Source: Nanobdellota archaeon
Lineage (GTDB): Archaea; Nanobdellota; Nanobdellia; Pacearchaeales; GW2011-AR1
Assembly (NCBI GenBank): GCA_030698805.1
Contig: JAUYMA010000003.1
Coordinates: forward strand, 12,167 to 76,166
Length of the DNA stretch: 64,000 nucleotides
Reading direction: 5' to 3'
The stretch's first letter is position 1; the number at the start of each line of letters is the position of its first letter. Below are positions 62,250-64,000 of the stretch, piece by piece. The translations under genes were made by a program, and so were the position numbers. The notes below the pieces were generated by a model. The model saw nothing but the letters and a program-made list of their open reading frames with translations, had not been told where the DNA came from and did no database searches.

Positions 62250-63236
62250 ATGATGAGCGGTTATAAAAATTCTACTATTGATCTGGCGTCCGATGGTTCA
62301 AGGGTAGTTAGCAAACAGAATAGAAGCTTTGGAGCGAGGGCCGCTGCTTTGGCTACTGGCGCATTTCTAGCTTTTGGAGCATATAATTCATATGGTCAAG
62401 ATGCAAGTTCTAATAATTCTCAAGCCAATAGCACAACTAATACTCAAATAACCACTACAATTACTATTCAAAACGCGGATACAAATACCGTCTCTCTACA
62501 AAAATATAACCTTCTAAAAAGCGAAAGAGATTCTTTAGAAGACCAACTAGAATGTATGAATATTAGTTACTCAAGTTTGGAAGACAGATTTACTGCTACT
62601 CAGACTTCTAATAATGTCTTAAGTTCTGATGTAAAACGAAGTGCGCAAGAGATCTCAATTCTTCAAAAACAAATTAAAGATCTAGATAATGAGATCAATA
62701 GTTATCGGGCTGAATTAAGTGAATTAAATGCGAGAGATCTTGCCGGAAGAGTTGCTGAAGAAAGAGCCATGAAGGAAGGAGCATTAGTCTATCAATTAAT
62801 AACGAGTTCTGCATTTACCGCACCGGCATATCCCTGGGCAACAACTGAATTTGACGATTCTACAAGAACATTTGGAAATATCGGAGAAGTGCCATTTTTA
62901 TCAAGTCCGGAAGGCAGATTCATCGATAATATTGCTGAACTTAAAGCCCTAGGCAAGGGTATTGCCGCAGTTTACCAGCCTACTTTTCCAAATAGCAAGG
63001 CTTTTGAACAGTTATGCGCAAGCGCAGGATTAGAAGCTTCATTTGCTTATAGTGTTGAAGGCTATATGCCTGGCTTCACTTATATGGATGCGCTTGCTCA
63101 ATTTGTAGGTGATTTTGGCAAGGCGCAGAAATCTAATCCAAAAAATCCAGTGGTTTTATCTATAAATACTGCAGATAAGGCACTTTTACTCGGCAATTAC
63201 GAGACTCTTAAAAGAATCAAAGGAGGATCATTATGA
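62250..63236 (+). CDS. hypothetical membrane-anchored coiled-coil protein
   Basis: N-terminal hydrophobic anchor (AAALATGAFLAFGAY), a Ser/Thr/Asn-rich linker, then a coiled coil (LEDQLECMN...ISILQKQIKDLDNEINSYRAELSELN). Confidence 0.45.
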   Translation: MMSGYKNSTIDLASDGSRVVSKQNRSFGARAAALATGAFLAFGAYNSYGQDASSNNSQANSTTNTQITTTITIQNADTNTVSLQKYNLLKSERDSLEDQLECMNISYSSLEDRFTATQTSNNVLSSDVKRSAQEISILQKQIKDLDNEINSYRAELSELNARDLAGRVAEERAMKEGALVYQLITSSAFTAPAYPWATTEFDDSTRTFGNIGEVPFLSSPEGRFIDNIAELKALGKGIAAVYQPTFPNSKAFEQLCASAGLEASFAYSVEGYMPGFTYMDALAQFVGDFGKAQKSNPKNPVVLSINTADKALLLGNYETLKRIKGGSL

Positions 63237-64000
63237 AATTTGGTAAAATAGCCGCACTTGGAGGACTTGCAGCAATACTCTCAGGTTGCATGACTACACA
63301 AAATCATGATCTTAAAGATATTTCCAGAGTTAATAGAAGCAGTGCAAGAGTCTTAACAGAAGGAATAAATGCAGTTAAAGCGACTAACGAGGTGATCCGA
63401 GCAAGCGGGATGACTAATAATTATAATATTACTTATCCTACAGGCACTCAAAATCCTTTAAGTTATTCCGAGAGCAAGCGGCTCTCTGAGACATATAGTG
63501 GAATTTTGCCAAAACTAAATGCGAATTTCTATTTCCCGACCAACGATACTGTAATAACTGAGAATAGTACTAATCGAGTCTATGGATTTGATATGCAAGA
63601 AGTTAACACAACTGGCCCCCTAAATTCTTACCTCGATGAAATTAAGCGCGTCGAGGATAAAGTAAGGCAAGATCGCCCCGGATATGTTTTCCTAGATGTT
63701 GGTAATGCCGATCGCAACTTTGCAAGCGACAGATCTGCAGATAATCAATTTTCAAGACAGAAAGGAATATTGGGAGTAGAATTTCATTCGCAGGATTTAA
63801 CAAACAAATTCGCAAGTTATGTGGCTCATGAATCTGCCAACGGCGATCTAAGCATAACTCTTGATTTTGCTTCTCCAGAATTTAACGGCAAATTTAGAAG
63901 AAATGTTGTTCCAGCCATTGGAGTAATGGCAGGGCAAGCAGGTACTGCCTATGTAATATTAAGAGAGACTATTAATAGCAATGCAGGGCTTGCTGGAGCA
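63233..64000 (+). CDS. putative lipoprotein (partial, runs off the window end)
   Basis: Hand-translated open frame of 256 codons with no stop. ATGA overlap with the previous gene. N-terminus MKFGKIAALGGLAAILSGCMTTQ, i.e. a signal peptide plus lipobox-like LSGC. Confidence 0.5.
   Translation, partial: MKFGKIAALGGLAAILSGCMTTQNHDLKDISRVNRSSARVLTEGINAVKATNEVIRASGMTNNYNITYPTGTQNPLSYSESKRLSETYSGILPKLNANFYFPTNDTVITENSTNRVYGFDMQEVNTTGPLNSYLDEIKRVEDKVRQDRPGYVFLDVGNADRNFASDRSADNQFSRQKGILGVEFHSQDLTNKFASYVAHESANGDLSITLDFASPEFNGKFRRNVVPAIGVMAGQAGTAYVILRETINSNAGLAGA

Noticed and set aside
1-64000. CRISPR array, cas genes, integrase or transposase, and rRNA
   Set aside because: I looked for regularly spaced direct repeats and for recombinase-like ORFs, especially near the CARF-HEPN gene, the tRNAs and the borders of the 18-42 kb block. 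I found none, so the accessory block cannot be called a mobile element from this window.

Overview
Low-GC archaeal window, DPANN-like in style. All calls rest on reading the sequence and recalling family motifs; no searches were run. Archaeal identity is supported by aEF-2, aEF-1alpha, archaeal DnaG, RNase HII, an SMC-like ATPase, TTTAAA-type TATA boxes and a tRNA with a canonical bulge-helix-bulge intron. Housekeeping and miscellaneous genes (1-18 kb and 42-64 kb) flank a roughly 24-kb accessory block (18.0-42.2 kb) with two notable parts. (1) An 11-gene, translationally coupled plus-strand operon (20987-30467). It encodes an ARC/Mpa-type AAA+ ATPase, a ubiquitin-like protein ending in GG plus a 5-residue tail, a JAMM/MPN+ protease and an E1 made of two fused ThiF-like halves. 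It also has four paralogues of an unrecognised family (three keep an H-x7-C motif), two further unknowns and a membrane protein. I see no E2, E3, proteasome or sulfur-transfer gene, so this is my best candidate for an undescribed protein-tagging system. (2) A three-gene module present three times: a small AbrB/SpoVT-like protein, a membrane Hanks-type kinase starting in an 8-nt overlap, and a convergent AbrB-PhoU regulator. Copies 2 and 3 sit in a mirror-image super-module (30.5-42.2 kb), each next to a secreted beta-barrel-like protein and two SAM methyltransferases. Copy 1 sits divergently against the Ubl operon. Conserved promoter and operator-like elements link the copies. Other oddities are a tRNA-Pro with an apparent AGG anticodon, an initiator-like tRNA-Met with C33 and a T-stem bulge, an SMC-like protein with a central CxxC instead of a hinge, an orphan CARF-HEPN gene and a RelE-type TA pair. 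No CRISPR array, rRNA, integrase or transposase was seen.
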